A stretch of DNA of 64,000 nt from Nitrosopumilus sp. (lineage in GTDB: Archaea > Thermoproteota > Nitrososphaeria > Nitrososphaerales > Nitrosopumilaceae): positions 832,001-896,000 of the forward strand of contig OY759726.1 of NCBI GenBank assembly GCA_963662625.1, written 5' to 3'. The position numbers and the translations under genes are program-made. The notes beneath the pieces are model-generated. The model saw only the letters and a program-made list of their open reading frames with translations, made no database searches and was not told where the DNA came from. Of this stretch, positions 8,685 through 18,564 are shown piece after piece; within the stretch, counting starts at the first letter, position 1, and the number at the start of each line of letters is the position of its first letter.

Positions 8685-10103
8685 GTCGGCGCCGTGGTTT
8701 TTCTGGTACACCTTGAAGGTCTTTAGGTTGACCACTATGCCTATCCCCGGGTTGGGCACCATGCCCACGCTTGCCTGGAACGGGGTCTGTTTCTGCCACG
8801 AGCCGGAGTTTAAAAGCATGACCCCCCTGTACATGCCCAGCTGCGCCTTGTGCACGTGGCCCACGTGAAAGATGTCCGGGACGTCGTCAACCACCAGCAG
8901 GTCCTCCGTCTCCGGCGCCACCGGGGTCAGGCTGCCGTAAATCGGGCCCAGGTGCCTGGCGCGCAGGAGCTGCCTCATCACGTCCACCGGCCGGTCGTAG
9001 CTCAGGCCAGGCGTGGTCTTCACGATGTCGTCGATGCTCTGGCCGTGGAACATCAGCACCCTCACGCCGTTAAGGGAGATCGTGGCGGGGTTCCCGACCA
9101 TGACCACGTTCTCCTTCTCCCACAACGGCGGGCTGTACTTTCTTGGTATCGCGGGCTGTGGCAGGGCCCGGCGCCCGGGATCGTGGTTTCCGGGCATGAT
9201 GAATATCTTCACGTGCCCGGGGATCCCCTCCAGCAGCAGCCTGGTCTTTTCCAGCTGCTCCTCGACCGTCTGGCACACCAGCTCCCGGTCCTGGTTGGGG
9301 TAGATCCCCACCCCGTCCACCACGTCCCCGGCTATCAGGACAAACCTGACCTTCCGCGCAACGGGGTCTGGGCCTGACAGCCAGGCGACGAACTCGGAGA
9401 ACTCCTCCTCCATGAAGTACTTGCTTCCCACGTGGAGGTCGGAAAAAAACACGGCGTACGCCTCCGACTCGGACCGGTTCGGCACCCTGTCCGGGACGTC
9501 CGGAAGCACCAGGTCCTTTATGACAAACCCCGACCTTCCCACGCCCGTCCTCGCCACCACGAACTGGTCGACAAGCAGGCCCCCGGCGGCCTTTTTCAGC
9601 TCCTCGTCGAAGACCACGCCCTCGAGGACGCCCGTGGGGTCCTCGAGTACCACCCTTGCGACATTCCTGTCGACCTCCCTGGAGGTGACAAGCCCGCACA
9701 CGTACGCGTCCTCGGGCTTTGCCCCCTTGGCCCAGGCGATGGTCTTTGCCGCCTTCGCCTCGGGCCTGTCCGAAACGATCTGCTTCATCTTCTTGAACCT
9801 GCTTTCAAACAGCGCGTTGTACCCGTCGATGCCCTCTGCAGAGGTGGCCCCGGCGGTGGGATCGGAGACGACCGAGTACTCGGCCGGGGAGTCGGCGCCG
9901 TCCTTTATTCCCAGGCACGCCTCCAGGTCGCCGCGGCTTATCTGAAACCGCCTCTGCCTCGCCTTCTGCCTCACCACGTCCTTGATGACCCTCTCAAGCT
10001 CCCCGACGTCGACGCGTTCGAGGATCGTGAACGCGTCAGGGTGTATCTGGAACCCCCGGTTCAGCGCGTAGTCCAGCGCGTAGCTGAGCTCTTTTTTCAA
10101 CAA
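8661..10103 (-). CDS. polB: DNA polymerase II (PolD) small subunit DP1 (proofreading exonuclease)
   Basis: SDLHVGS, GDVVDG, PGNHD, FHG and GHVH phosphoesterase motifs plus an OB fold. Confidence 0.95.
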   Translation of the reverse strand: MLKKELSYALDYALNRGFQIHPDAFTILERVDVGELERVIKDVVRQKARQRRFQISRGDLEACLGIKDGADSPAEYSVVSDPTAGATSAEGIDGYNALFESRFKKMKQIVSDRPEAKAAKTIAWAKGAKPEDAYVCGLVTSREVDRNVARVVLEDPTGVLEGVVFDEELKKAAGGLLVDQFVVARTGVGRSGFVIKDLVLPDVPDRVPNRSESEAYAVFFSDLHVGSKYFMEEEFSEFVAWLSGPDPVARKVRFVLIAGDVVDGVGIYPNQDRELVCQTVEEQLEKTRLLLEGIPGHVKIFIMPGNHDPGRRALPQPAIPRKYSPPLWEKENVVMVGNPATISLNGVRVLMFHGQSIDDIVKTTPGLSYDRPVDVMRQLLRARHLGPIYGSLTPVAPETEDLLVVDDVPDIFHVGHVHKAQLGMYRGVMLLNSGSWQKQTPFQASVGMVPNPGIGIVVNLKTFKVYQKNHGADSDDILQR

Positions 10104-10176
10104 CGGGCAGTACCCCGCGGTTTAATTAAACCTGCGTCCCTCCAACCTTCAAATAGCGCGGCCCGGAACACACGGC

Positions 10177-10719
10177 GTGCCGCGCCCCCGCCTAGTTCTC
10201 TTCTTCGTCTTTGCGGGAATCATCACGGCGGCGTACCAGATCACCTCCATGCTGGAGGTTCCCGAAGACGTGGCCGCCGAGCTCGCAAGCGCGCTGAAAG
10301 ACGAGTTTGAAGGCCTGGACGGCCAGGGCATATTCTTCCACAACACCATGCTTGCCCTGCCGATGTTCCTGCCCGGGGCGGGGGCCCTGTGGGGAGGGAT
10401 CTCCGCGGCGGCCACCGGGTTTGCCTACGCGTCGCTTGCACAGGCCATGCCCGAACTGCGCCAGCTGCCGGCGCTCGCGCTGCTCTACCTCACGCCGTTC
10501 GGGCTGATGGAGCTTGCCGCATACTCGCTTGCCACGTCGAGGAGCTACATGCTGGCCCGGGCGATGGTCAAAAACTCCGGCATACTGGTCCAGGCAAAGC
10601 CCACCGCAATCGAGATCGGGATCGTGGTGGGCCTGCTTCTGGCAGGCGGGCTGGTGGAACACCACATGATCTACTCCATGGAGGAAGGCATCGTGTGCTG
10701 GTACACCGACATCTGCTAG
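10177..10719 (+). CDS. SpoIIM-family membrane protein
   Basis: Several TM helices with IFFHN and PFGLMELAAY motifs. Confidence 0.75.
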   Translation: MPRPRLVLFFVFAGIITAAYQITSMLEVPEDVAAELASALKDEFEGLDGQGIFFHNTMLALPMFLPGAGALWGGISAAATGFAYASLAQAMPELRQLPALALLYLTPFGLMELAAYSLATSRSYMLARAMVKNSGILVQAKPTAIEIGIVVGLLLAGGLVEHHMIYSMEEGIVCWYTDIC

Positions 10720-10758
10720 GGCCGCCCCCGGCGCGGCAGGCCGGGAACCGCCGGGGGC

Positions 10759-11478
10759 TCACTGCCCCGCCCACTGCCACTTGTAGTTCATGTAGGAGTC
10801 CGGGTCCGGCTGGCCAAACACCATGACGGAAAGGTCGGAGAATTCCCGCCCCTCCAGGTCCTTCACGGTCCCCTCGAAGCTCGTCTCGTCCTCCGTGGTC
10901 AGCGCCTCAAAGACGCGGACCCTCATGCTCCCCGTGTCAAAGCCGCACCCCTCCAGGTATGCCGCAATCTCCGACGGCATGAAGTGCTTGTCTGGCCGCC
11001 CCGGCCAAGGCCTCGGGATCAAAACCACGCTGTGCCCGTCCATCAGCGCCTTTTGGAGCTCGAGCTTTTTCCCCTCTATGGAGGACGTGACGTGCATCGT
11101 GATCACCCTGGACTTGTCAAGCGGCACCCGCGCCCGCGCCGCCGCCACCTGGACTGAGCTTATGCCCGGGATGATCTCCACGTTGCCGAAGATCTCGACC
11201 AGCCGGTCGACCACCTCCGACTCTGAAAAGCTGACGTCGCCCGTAAAGGGGACAAGGAGCGACCGGTCCCCCAGGCCCGAAAGGATCTTCTGGTACGTCT
11301 CCTCCTGGTCGCCCATGGTGACCTCGTAAACCTCCTTTCCCTCCAGGAGGCCCTCGATCGTCTTCAGGGTATACCTGTACCCCGCCACCACGTCGCAGTC
11401 CCGGATGGCCCTCTCCGCGGCGCCCGTCACGTATTCCGGCGAGCCGGGGCCCACCCCCACGGCGTAGATCTTTCCCAA
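10759..11478 (-). CDS. cbiE: Cobalt-precorrin-7/precorrin-6Y C5-methyltransferase
   Basis: AVGVGPG and IIPGISSVQ tetrapyrrole methylase motifs. Confidence 0.8.
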   Translation of the reverse strand: MGKIYAVGVGPGSPEYVTGAAERAIRDCDVVAGYRYTLKTIEGLLEGKEVYEVTMGDQEETYQKILSGLGDRSLLVPFTGDVSFSESEVVDRLVEIFGNVEIIPGISSVQVAAARARVPLDKSRVITMHVTSSIEGKKLELQKALMDGHSVVLIPRPWPGRPDKHFMPSEIAAYLEGCGFDTGSMRVRVFEALTTEDETSFEGTVKDLEGREFSDLSVMVFGQPDPDSYMNYKWQWAGQ

Positions 11479-11480
11479 CT

Positions 11481-11972
11481 TTACCCGGCCATCCCCCGCC
11501 CGTCTTTAATAAACTGCACAAAGGGCCCCCAGTCCACCTTCATGAACTTCGTGGGCTCCTTGACCGGGTATTTCACCCAGTCCTGCGCGACGGAATACTG
11601 GTACGCCTCCTGCTTGCCGCCCCTTCTGTACTCCAGGACCAGGACGCTCCCCCACGTCTTTTCCTCAAAATACACGTCCAATATGTCATCAAACGACAAC
11701 TCCACGTTTTTCTCGTCCTTCATGTCCTCCTCCAGGCTTTTCTCGTCATACCCGTCATGGACGATCATGGTGTTTTTTGATCTCAGGAAGCCCACGACCT
11801 GCCTCTGCCTGATCGCCTGCCACCACTTCATCTTGGCCTCGGTCCTGTGCACGAACATGAGGTGCCTGTCCGTCAGGATCAGCATCCCCTCCCTGCCCCC
11901 CACCGAGAGGAACCTCTTCGCCTCCCTCCAAACAGAGACTATGTGGGCACGGATCCTCTCGTCGGGATGCAT
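11481..11972 (-). CDS. Hypothetical protein (PH/GRAM-like beta fold possible)
   Basis: ATG at 11972 (MHPDERI). GMLILTDRHLMF. The ORF-track extension overlaps the kamA-like gene. Confidence 0.65.
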   Translation of the reverse strand: MHPDERIRAHIVSVWREAKRFLSVGGREGMLILTDRHLMFVHRTEAKMKWWQAIRQRQVVGFLRSKNTMIVHDGYDEKSLEEDMKDEKNVELSFDDILDVYFEEKTWGSVLVLEYRRGGKQEAYQYSVAQDWVKYPVKEPTKFMKVDWGPFVQFIKDGRGMAG

Positions 11973-12081
11973 ACGGTAAGGCCGCCGCGGTTTGATAAAA
12001 ACCAATGCGGCCCCGCCGGGATCCGAACCCGCGCGGGATCCGGATGTAACCTTTAACAATGAGCGTGTACAACGTAAGGCG

Positions 12082-13431
12082 TTGACGTACCAAGAGTCCG
12101 CGTGGGACGAATCCCCCTCGATCAAGACATACACGCTTGCAAACTTCCGCACCCTGCCGCACATAGACGCGCTTTCTGAGGAGCAGCAGTTCGAGATGGA
12201 AGTGGTCGGAAACGTCCTGCCGTTCAAGGCAAACAACTACGTCGTCGAGCAGCTGATCGACTGGAACGACATCCCCAACGACCCCATGTACGTGCTGACC
12301 TTCCCGCAGAAGGGAATGCTCAGGCCCGAGCACTACGAAAAGATGTCCGCCACCCTGGAGGGCACCTCCGACAAGAAGGAGGTCGCCAACGTCGCCAACG
12401 AGATCCGCCTGCAGCTGAACCCGCACCCCGCCGGGCAGATGGAGCTGAACGTCCCGGCACTCGGCGACGGGACGAAGCTGTACGGCATGCAGCACAAATA
12501 CAAGGAGACGTGCCTCTTCTTCCCCAGCCAAAGCCAGACATGCCACGCGTACTGCAGCTTTTGCTTCAGGTGGCCGCAATTCGTCGGAATGGACGAGATG
12601 AAGTTTGCCATGAAGGAGGGCGAGCTGCTGGTCCAATACGTGGGGGAGCACCCGGAGATAAGCGACGTGCTGTTCACGGGGGGCGACCCGATGATAATGA
12701 ACGCGAGGATGTTCTCAAAGTACATAGACGCCCTGGTGGAGGCGCGGCTCCCAAACCTGAAGACAATCAGGATCGGGACCAAGGCGCTTTCCTACTGGCC
12801 GTACAAGTTCCTGACCGACAGGGACTCCGAAGAGATGCTGGCCATCTTCGAGAAAATCACGCAAAACAACATACACCTGGCAATCATGGCGCACTTTAAC
12901 CACCTGGCAGAGATGTCCACCCCCTCGGTAAAGCAGGCGATAAAGCGGGTTCGGGACACCGGCGCCCAGATCAGGACACAGTCGCCGCTCCTGACCCACA
13001 TCAACGACGACGCCGACATGTGGGCCGAGATGTGGAGGACCCAGGTCCAGCTGGGCTGCGTCCCCTACTACATGTTCGTGGTGAGGGACACCGGCGCGCA
13101 GCACTACTTCGGCGTCTCGCTGGTCAGGGCCCACGAAATATTCCAGAACGCGTACAAGAAGGTGAGCGGCCTCGGAAGGACGGTCAGGGGCCCCAGCATG
13201 TCCGCGACCCCCGGGAAGGTCCAGATGGACGGCGTCGCGACGATCAACGGCCAGAAAGTCATGGCCCTGCGCTTCCTGCAGGGGAGAAACCCCGACTGGG
13301 TCCAAAAGCCGTTCTTTGCCATGTACGACGAGAGCGCGCTGTGGCTGGACGACCTGAGGCCCGCGTTCTCCGAAAAGTTCTTCTTCGAGGACGAGCAGGA
13401 GCAGAAGTACGGCGTGAAGATGTCGCACTGA
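12082..13431 (+). CDS. KamA-family radical SAM aminomutase (lysine/glutamate 2,3-aminomutase-like)
   Basis: QHKYKET, CHAYCSFCFR (CxxxCxxC), FTGGDP, HFNH and PYYMF. Start at TTG 12082 is inferred. Confidence 0.88.
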   Translation: MTYQESAWDESPSIKTYTLANFRTLPHIDALSEEQQFEMEVVGNVLPFKANNYVVEQLIDWNDIPNDPMYVLTFPQKGMLRPEHYEKMSATLEGTSDKKEVANVANEIRLQLNPHPAGQMELNVPALGDGTKLYGMQHKYKETCLFFPSQSQTCHAYCSFCFRWPQFVGMDEMKFAMKEGELLVQYVGEHPEISDVLFTGGDPMIMNARMFSKYIDALVEARLPNLKTIRIGTKALSYWPYKFLTDRDSEEMLAIFEKITQNNIHLAIMAHFNHLAEMSTPSVKQAIKRVRDTGAQIRTQSPLLTHINDDADMWAEMWRTQVQLGCVPYYMFVVRDTGAQHYFGVSLVRAHEIFQNAYKKVSGLGRTVRGPSMSATPGKVQMDGVATINGQKVMALRFLQGRNPDWVQKPFFAMYDESALWLDDLRPAFSEKFFFEDEQEQKYGVKMSH

Positions 13432-13512
13432 GCCGCACCTTCACTATTCACAACATAGCTAAAACAACCTTACCAACCGCTATTAGTAGACGCGCCCTCA
13501 AAGACAGTTCAG

Positions 13513-14958
13513 TTGAACGCGGAACAGGTGCTAGAGGCGGTCCAAAGCGAGAAGATCTCGTTCATCGACTTTTGGTTCGTGGACATCTTCGGCGAGCTGC
13601 ACAACGTCGGCATGCCCAGCTACGCAATAAGCCAGAACAGCTTCGACTCGGGGCTGGAGAAGCTGGACGCAAGCTCCATCGTGGGGTTCAAGTCGGTCAA
13701 CAACTCCGACATGATACTGAAGCCGGATCCCGACACGTTCAGGATCCTGCCGCCGGACTACGATCCGGGCCCCCGGAAGAACGCGAGGATCTTCTGCGAC
13801 CTGTACGACGGGAACGCCGAAGAGCCGTCGCGCTACAACCGCGACTCGCGCGGCATCGCGCACAAGGCGTCGGAAAGGCTCAGGGAGTTCGGGCTCACCC
13901 ACACCAACTGGGGCCCGGAGATAGAGTTCTTCATATTCGACGCGATCAACGTGTACCCGTCCCCGTACGCCGCCACCCACTCGTACGGGGGGTCCGGCTA
14001 CTCCATCGAGTCAAAGGAATCGCCCTGGGCGAAGGGAAACATCAGCACCGCGATCGACATCAAGGAGGGCTACTACCCGTCCCAGCCGAAGGACACGCTG
14101 GAGGGGTTTAGGAAAGACGTCTGCGACGACCTCTACCATTATTTCGGGATAGAGATAGAGGCAGAACACCACGAGGTGGCGACCTCCGGCCAATGCGAGA
14201 TTAACCTGGTGTACAACGACATGGTCGGCATGGCGGACAACGTGATCGCGGTCAAAAACCTGGTCAAGGTCAAGGCAAAGAAGCAGAACAAGGTGGCGAC
14301 GTTCATGCCAAAGCCCATCTTCGGGGACAACGCGTCGGCGATGCACACGCACCAGAGCCTGTGGAGGGGGAAGACCAACATCATGTATGACCCGGACGAC
14401 GAGCTGGCCCAGCTGAGCCAGACGGGAAGGTACTACGTCGGGGGAATCCTGAACCACGCGTCGGCGCTGTGCGCCATATCGAACCCTACCACCAACTCCT
14501 ACAAGCGGCTGGTCCCGGGCTTCGAGGCGCCGGTCAACGTCTGCTGGGGGCTGGGCAACCGCTCTGCGGCGATCAGGGTGCCGATGTACCGCAGGAACCA
14601 GGAAAAAAGCAAGCGCCTGGAATACCGCGTCCCGGATCCCACGTCCAACATCTACCTCCTAGAGTCGGCGCTGCTGCTTGCCGGGCTGGACGGGATAAAA
14701 AACAAGATCGACCCGGGCGACCCGGTGGAGGAGAACGTCTACAAGCTGACCCCCGAGAGGAAGAGGGAGTACAACATAGGATCCCTCCCGGTCTCCCTGA
14801 AGGGGGCGCTTGACTCGCTCACCAGCGACTGCGGGTTCCTCCAGGACATCTTCACCAAGGACTTTCTCGACAAGTACATCGAGCTGAAGTACATGGAATA
14901 CACCACGTTTGCGCAGACCCCCACCCCCTGGGAGGTCTCGATGTACGCGGACGCGTGA
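13513..14958 (+). CDS. glnA: Glutamine synthetase type I
   Basis: GPEIEFF, HHEVA, TFMPKP, NSYKRLVPGFEAP, NRSAAIRVP and RLEYRVPD. Confidence 0.97.
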   Translation: MNAEQVLEAVQSEKISFIDFWFVDIFGELHNVGMPSYAISQNSFDSGLEKLDASSIVGFKSVNNSDMILKPDPDTFRILPPDYDPGPRKNARIFCDLYDGNAEEPSRYNRDSRGIAHKASERLREFGLTHTNWGPEIEFFIFDAINVYPSPYAATHSYGGSGYSIESKESPWAKGNISTAIDIKEGYYPSQPKDTLEGFRKDVCDDLYHYFGIEIEAEHHEVATSGQCEINLVYNDMVGMADNVIAVKNLVKVKAKKQNKVATFMPKPIFGDNASAMHTHQSLWRGKTNIMYDPDDELAQLSQTGRYYVGGILNHASALCAISNPTTNSYKRLVPGFEAPVNVCWGLGNRSAAIRVPMYRRNQEKSKRLEYRVPDPTSNIYLLESALLLAGLDGIKNKIDPGDPVEENVYKLTPERKREYNIGSLPVSLKGALDSLTSDCGFLQDIFTKDFLDKYIELKYMEYTTFAQTPTPWEVSMYADA

Positions 14959-15032
14959 GGGCCCCGCGCCGCGCGCGCCAGAACGGCCCGGATCCCTCAA
15001 AGACTGATTAACCACCGCGGCGTAGGGCGGCC

Positions 15033-15674
15033 ATGGGGCCGATCGATCTCACGCTGACCGTGTCCGAGGCGCTCCCCGCGTTTCCCGGCTCGCCGGGGCC
15101 GCAGTTCATCCCCTGGTCCGACCTGGAGGAGGACGGGTACAACCTCGAGCTGTTGTTCCTGAGCTCGCACACGGGGACGCACATGGACGCCCCGTACCAC
15201 TTCGCCGATGGCGGCGCGAGGATCCACGAGATCCCAGTGGGCAGGCTCCTCGGCAGTGCGCTTCTGGTAAGGGCTAGGAAGGGGGCAAACCGGGCGGTCA
15301 CGAAGAGGGATCTGCTGGCCTTCGAGCGCGACAACGGAAAAATTCCGGACGGCGCCTCGGTCTTTTTCCACACGGGATGGCAGGAGTTCCTGAAGAGCGA
15401 CGGGTATTTCGCGGAAAACCCGGGGCTGTCAGAGCGCGCCGCGGAGTACCTGGCCTCAAAAAAGGCCAACATGGTGGGGATCGACTCCCCCAGCATCGAC
15501 TGCGGGAACAGCCGCCGGTTCCCCGCCCACAGGGCGCTGTCAAGGAACGGCGTCCTGATCGTCGAGAACCTGGCCAACCTGGACAGGATCCCGGGGAGCC
15601 GGTTTGACTTTGCCGTCCTGCCGCTGAAGCTGAAGGGCGCCACCGGATCCCCCGTGAGGGCGGTGGCGTTCTAG
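15033..15674 (+). CDS. Cyclase/kynurenine formamidase family protein
   Basis: HTGTHMDAPYH, GIDSPSID and PLKLKGATGSPVRA. Confidence 0.9.
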   Translation: MGPIDLTLTVSEALPAFPGSPGPQFIPWSDLEEDGYNLELLFLSSHTGTHMDAPYHFADGGARIHEIPVGRLLGSALLVRARKGANRAVTKRDLLAFERDNGKIPDGASVFFHTGWQEFLKSDGYFAENPGLSERAAEYLASKKANMVGIDSPSIDCGNSRRFPAHRALSRNGVLIVENLANLDRIPGSRFDFAVLPLKLKGATGSPVRAVAF

Positions 15675-16735
15675 CTGACGAAGTGGAACCTGTTCTTCCT
15701 GTAGTTTTTGGACAGCTTCCCCGAGATGGCGATCTTTTGGCCGCAGCGCACGCACCGGTTCTTGCCGTCGAGGTTCCACCGCTCGATGTCGTACCCGAAC
15801 CTCTTGACCGCCACTTCCCCGCAACCCGGGCAGTAGGTGTGCTCCAGCGGGTGGCCCGGGACATTGCCGACATACGCGTAGTTGAGGCCCGCCTCCTTTG
15901 CCACGGCGTGGTGCCTTTCCAGCGTGCCCAGCGGCGTCACGCCGAACTCCATCATCTTGTAGTCCGGGTGAAACCGCAGGAAGTGGATCGGCACGTCGGG
16001 CCCGAACACGTCGCAGACGAACCTGCACAGCCTCCCGGCGTACTCCAGGCTGTCGCCCACCCCGGGGACGACAAGATCCGTTATCTCCACGTGGATCCCG
16101 GTCTTGTCCCGAATCTCGCGCAGCGTGTCGAAGATCGGCCCGGGATCGGGCACCCCGACGTACCTCCTCGTGAACCCGGGCTCCGCGCTGCCCTTAAAGT
16201 CGACCGTGATGGAGTCCAGGAACTGGCCCATCATCCCCACCGACTCCGGGGTGTCGTACCCGTTTGACACGAAGACGTTGAAGAGCCCCCTTGCGTGCGC
16301 CTCGATCCCGCAGTCCCTCGCGAACTCTATGAAGATCGAGGGCTCGTTGTACGTGTAGGCGATCCCGTCCGCCCCGTTCCTGGCCGCCGTCTCGGCCACC
16401 TGGGCGGGCGTCATGTCGGCGCCCTCGACCTTGCGCCTCTGGCTGATGTCGTGGTTCTGGCAGTACCTGCAGAGCCAGTTGCACCCGGTGGTCGCAATGG
16501 AGTATATCTTCGAGCCCGGCCGGTAGTGCGTGACGGGCTTCTTCTCTATGGGATCGACGTGCCCCGAGATTACCTTGCCGTAGACAAACAGGTCCAGCCT
16601 CCCCCCCGAGTTCCCCCGGACCCCGCACAGCCCCACCTGGCCCCTTCCCATCTCGCAGTACCTTGCGCAGGCCGTGCACCTGACCCCGCCGCCCGGGAGC
16701 TTTTCGTAGAGGACCGCCTCCCTGCCCATCCACAT
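15671..16735 (-). CDS. amrS: AmmeMemoRadiSam system radical SAM enzyme
   Basis: N-terminal CxxCxxxC...C, DPIEKKP, CNWLCRYCQN, YTYNEP and a C-terminal Zn ribbon. Confidence 0.9.
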   Translation of the reverse strand: MWMGREAVLYEKLPGGGVRCTACARYCEMGRGQVGLCGVRGNSGGRLDLFVYGKVISGHVDPIEKKPVTHYRPGSKIYSIATTGCNWLCRYCQNHDISQRRKVEGADMTPAQVAETAARNGADGIAYTYNEPSIFIEFARDCGIEAHARGLFNVFVSNGYDTPESVGMMGQFLDSITVDFKGSAEPGFTRRYVGVPDPGPIFDTLREIRDKTGIHVEITDLVVPGVGDSLEYAGRLCRFVCDVFGPDVPIHFLRFHPDYKMMEFGVTPLGTLERHHAVAKEAGLNYAYVGNVPGHPLEHTYCPGCGEVAVKRFGYDIERWNLDGKNRCVRCGQKIAISGKLSKNYRKNRFHFVS

Positions 16736-16806
16736 GTTACGGGGCCTTTCCCATATAAGGTGCGCCCATTCGCAATGCTAAAAGCAAGGGCGGATCCAGC
16801 AGCGGC

Positions 16807-17298
16807 ATGAGCAAGCCCGGGAACCTGTGGAGGAAGGTGCACGGGAGGATCGCTAAGAGGCCGACAAACTTTTCGTGGGTGATCGACGGGAAGCTCGCCG
16901 GCTCCGGCATGCCCACCAGCCCCGACGAGCTTGAGTGGGCGCTGAGGCAGGGCGTAAAATCGGTCGTGACGATGACCGAGGATCCGCTGCCGGACGGCTG
17001 GGTGGGCCGGCTGGACTACCTGCACGTCCCGACGCCGGATCTCACCGCGCCGGACATGGACAGGATCGACGCCGCGGTGGACTTTGTCCACGGCCAGATC
17101 AGCAACGGCCGTGCCGCGATGGTTCACTGCGCGGCGGGACTGGGCAGGGCGGGGACCGTCCTGGCATGCTACCTGGTAAAATACCGCGGGTGCTCCGCGG
17201 CCGAGGCCATCGATAGGATCAGGAGCGCGCGGCCGGGCTCCGTCCAGTCAGAGGTGCAGGAGCTGGCAATCGGCCTTTACGAAAAGCACGTCGGCTGA
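16807..17298 (+). CDS. Dual-specificity protein phosphatase
   Basis: VHCAAGLGRAG (CX5R) motif. Confidence 0.92.
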   Translation: MSKPGNLWRKVHGRIAKRPTNFSWVIDGKLAGSGMPTSPDELEWALRQGVKSVVTMTEDPLPDGWVGRLDYLHVPTPDLTAPDMDRIDAAVDFVHGQISNGRAAMVHCAAGLGRAGTVLACYLVKYRGCSAAEAIDRIRSARPGSVQSEVQELAIGLYEKHVG

Positions 17299-17301
17299 CC
17301 C

Positions 17302-17448
17302 CTACTCGAACTCCGAGACCAGCTTCCCGTCGGCCACCCTTATCTTGAGCCTCTTGCCCTCTTGGAACACCAGGGTGATCTGGCCGTCGGAATCGGGATC
17401 CTCCACCTTGACCAGCTCCGCCATCTTTATCCGCTCGAACTTGTCCAT
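17302..17448 (-). CDS. Microprotein (48 aa), paralog of upstream neighbour
   Basis: Hand translation MDKFERIKMAELVKVEDPDSDGQITLVFQEGKRLKIRVADGKLVSEFE. GC3-rich codons. Confidence 0.75.
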   Translation of the reverse strand: MDKFERIKMAELVKVEDPDSDGQITLVFQEGKRLKIRVADGKLVSEFE

Positions 17449-17457
17449 GCGCGCCAC

Positions 17458-17610
17458 CTACTCGGGGATCGAGACTGTCTCCAGCTTTCCGTCCACCGCC
17501 TTTACGAACAGGAACCTGTTGTCCTTGAAGATGAACGTGATCCCGCCCTCCTTGTCGGGCTCCTCGACCTCTAGTATCGGCTGCCCCAGCAGCCCGTCGT
17601 ACTTTGCCAC
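17458..17610 (-). CDS. Microprotein (50 aa)
   Basis: GTG start, MAKYDGLLGQPILEVEEPDKEGGITFIFKDNRFLFVKAVDGKLETVSIPE. TATA-like ggatataagg at 17631-17640. Confidence 0.78.
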   Translation of the reverse strand: MAKYDGLLGQPILEVEEPDKEGGITFIFKDNRFLFVKAVDGKLETVSIPE

Positions 17611-17639
17611 GCCTACCGTCGGGGGGCGTTCCTTATATC

Positions 17640-18176
17640 CTAATTGATTGCCACCACGGCCTCGCCGGAGTGGTTCTTGACGGTCCCGGGCTCGGTGTAC
17701 TCGTGCCTCTGCCAGGACGCAAACACCTCGGCGCCTATCTTGTGCCTGCCCCTGCCCAGGTCCGACGCCGCAAACACGAACTTCTCGTCAAAGTCGAACA
17801 GTTCCTGCCTCACCTCCTCCTCGGACAGCCTGATGAAGGGCTCGAAGTTTTTCGCCACCTGGACCCAGATCCTCCTGTCCTTCATGGGGTTTACGAGCTT
17901 CGGGTTCCTCGTCCAGAAGATCGACGCCTTCCTGTAGGTGTCTATGGTCCTGCCCAGCCCGTGCTTCCTCAGCCCGCCCGAGGTAAGCTTCACGCCATAC
18001 TTCATCTTGAACGACACGTCGTTTTTGTTGTACGCCCGGGTCCAGTTTTCCTCGTTGAACGCCTCCCTGACGTCCCCGCCCACCGCGAACTTCACGCGGA
18101 CCTCCACGTTCTCGCCCAGGAGGTACTCGTCCTTGGACTTTTCCAGCCGGATCTCGGAAATCATGCTCTCCCCCAT
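17640..18176 (-). CDS. Hypothetical protein (beta-sandwich-like)
   Basis: ORF trimmed to ATG 18176 to avoid overlapping rpoL. Coding-like codon usage. Confidence 0.7.
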   Translation of the reverse strand: MGESMISEIRLEKSKDEYLLGENVEVRVKFAVGGDVREAFNEENWTRAYNKNDVSFKMKYGVKLTSGGLRKHGLGRTIDTYRKASIFWTRNPKLVNPMKDRRIWVQVAKNFEPFIRLSEEEVRQELFDFDEKFVFAASDLGRGRHKIGAEVFASWQRHEYTEPGTVKNHSGEAVVAIN

Positions 18177-18285
18177 CCCAATCGCCCATGGTGGCCCCCA
18201 CGCCCTTAATATTCTATAAAGGGGCCTGCCCGGCCGGGCGCGCGAGGCATGATTTATATCCGCAGTGGGCGCTTTCCCCGAATAC

Positions 18286-18564
18286 ATGAATGCGCAGGTA
18301 ATCAGTTCGGACGAGAAGGAGATCAGCCTCTCAATCACGGACACCGACGTCGGAATCCTGTATATCATCCAGCAGGAGCTCCTGAAGGACTCCAACACGG
18401 ACTTTGCCGGGGTCATAGTCAAGCACCCGTTGACGAACGAGTGCTGGATGAGGATCAACTCAAAGTCAAAGCCCATCGCGCAGGTCAAAAAGGCGGCGGA
18501 TTCCGCAATAAAGATCGCCGATGAGTTCAAACAATTATTTAATTCCGCGATCAAGGGAAACTAG
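18286..18564 (+). CDS. rpoL: RNA polymerase subunit Rpo11 (L)
   Basis: IQQELLKD...FAGVIVKHPL. Adjacent to TFS. Confidence 0.85.
   Translation: MNAQVISSDEKEISLSITDTDVGILYIIQQELLKDSNTDFAGVIVKHPLTNECWMRINSKSKPIAQVKKAADSAIKIADEFKQLFNSAIKGN

Noticed and set aside
17449-17460. Pyrrolysine recoding at the in-frame TAG
   Set aside because: No pyl genes are seen, and the downstream ORF has its own ATG/GTG start.
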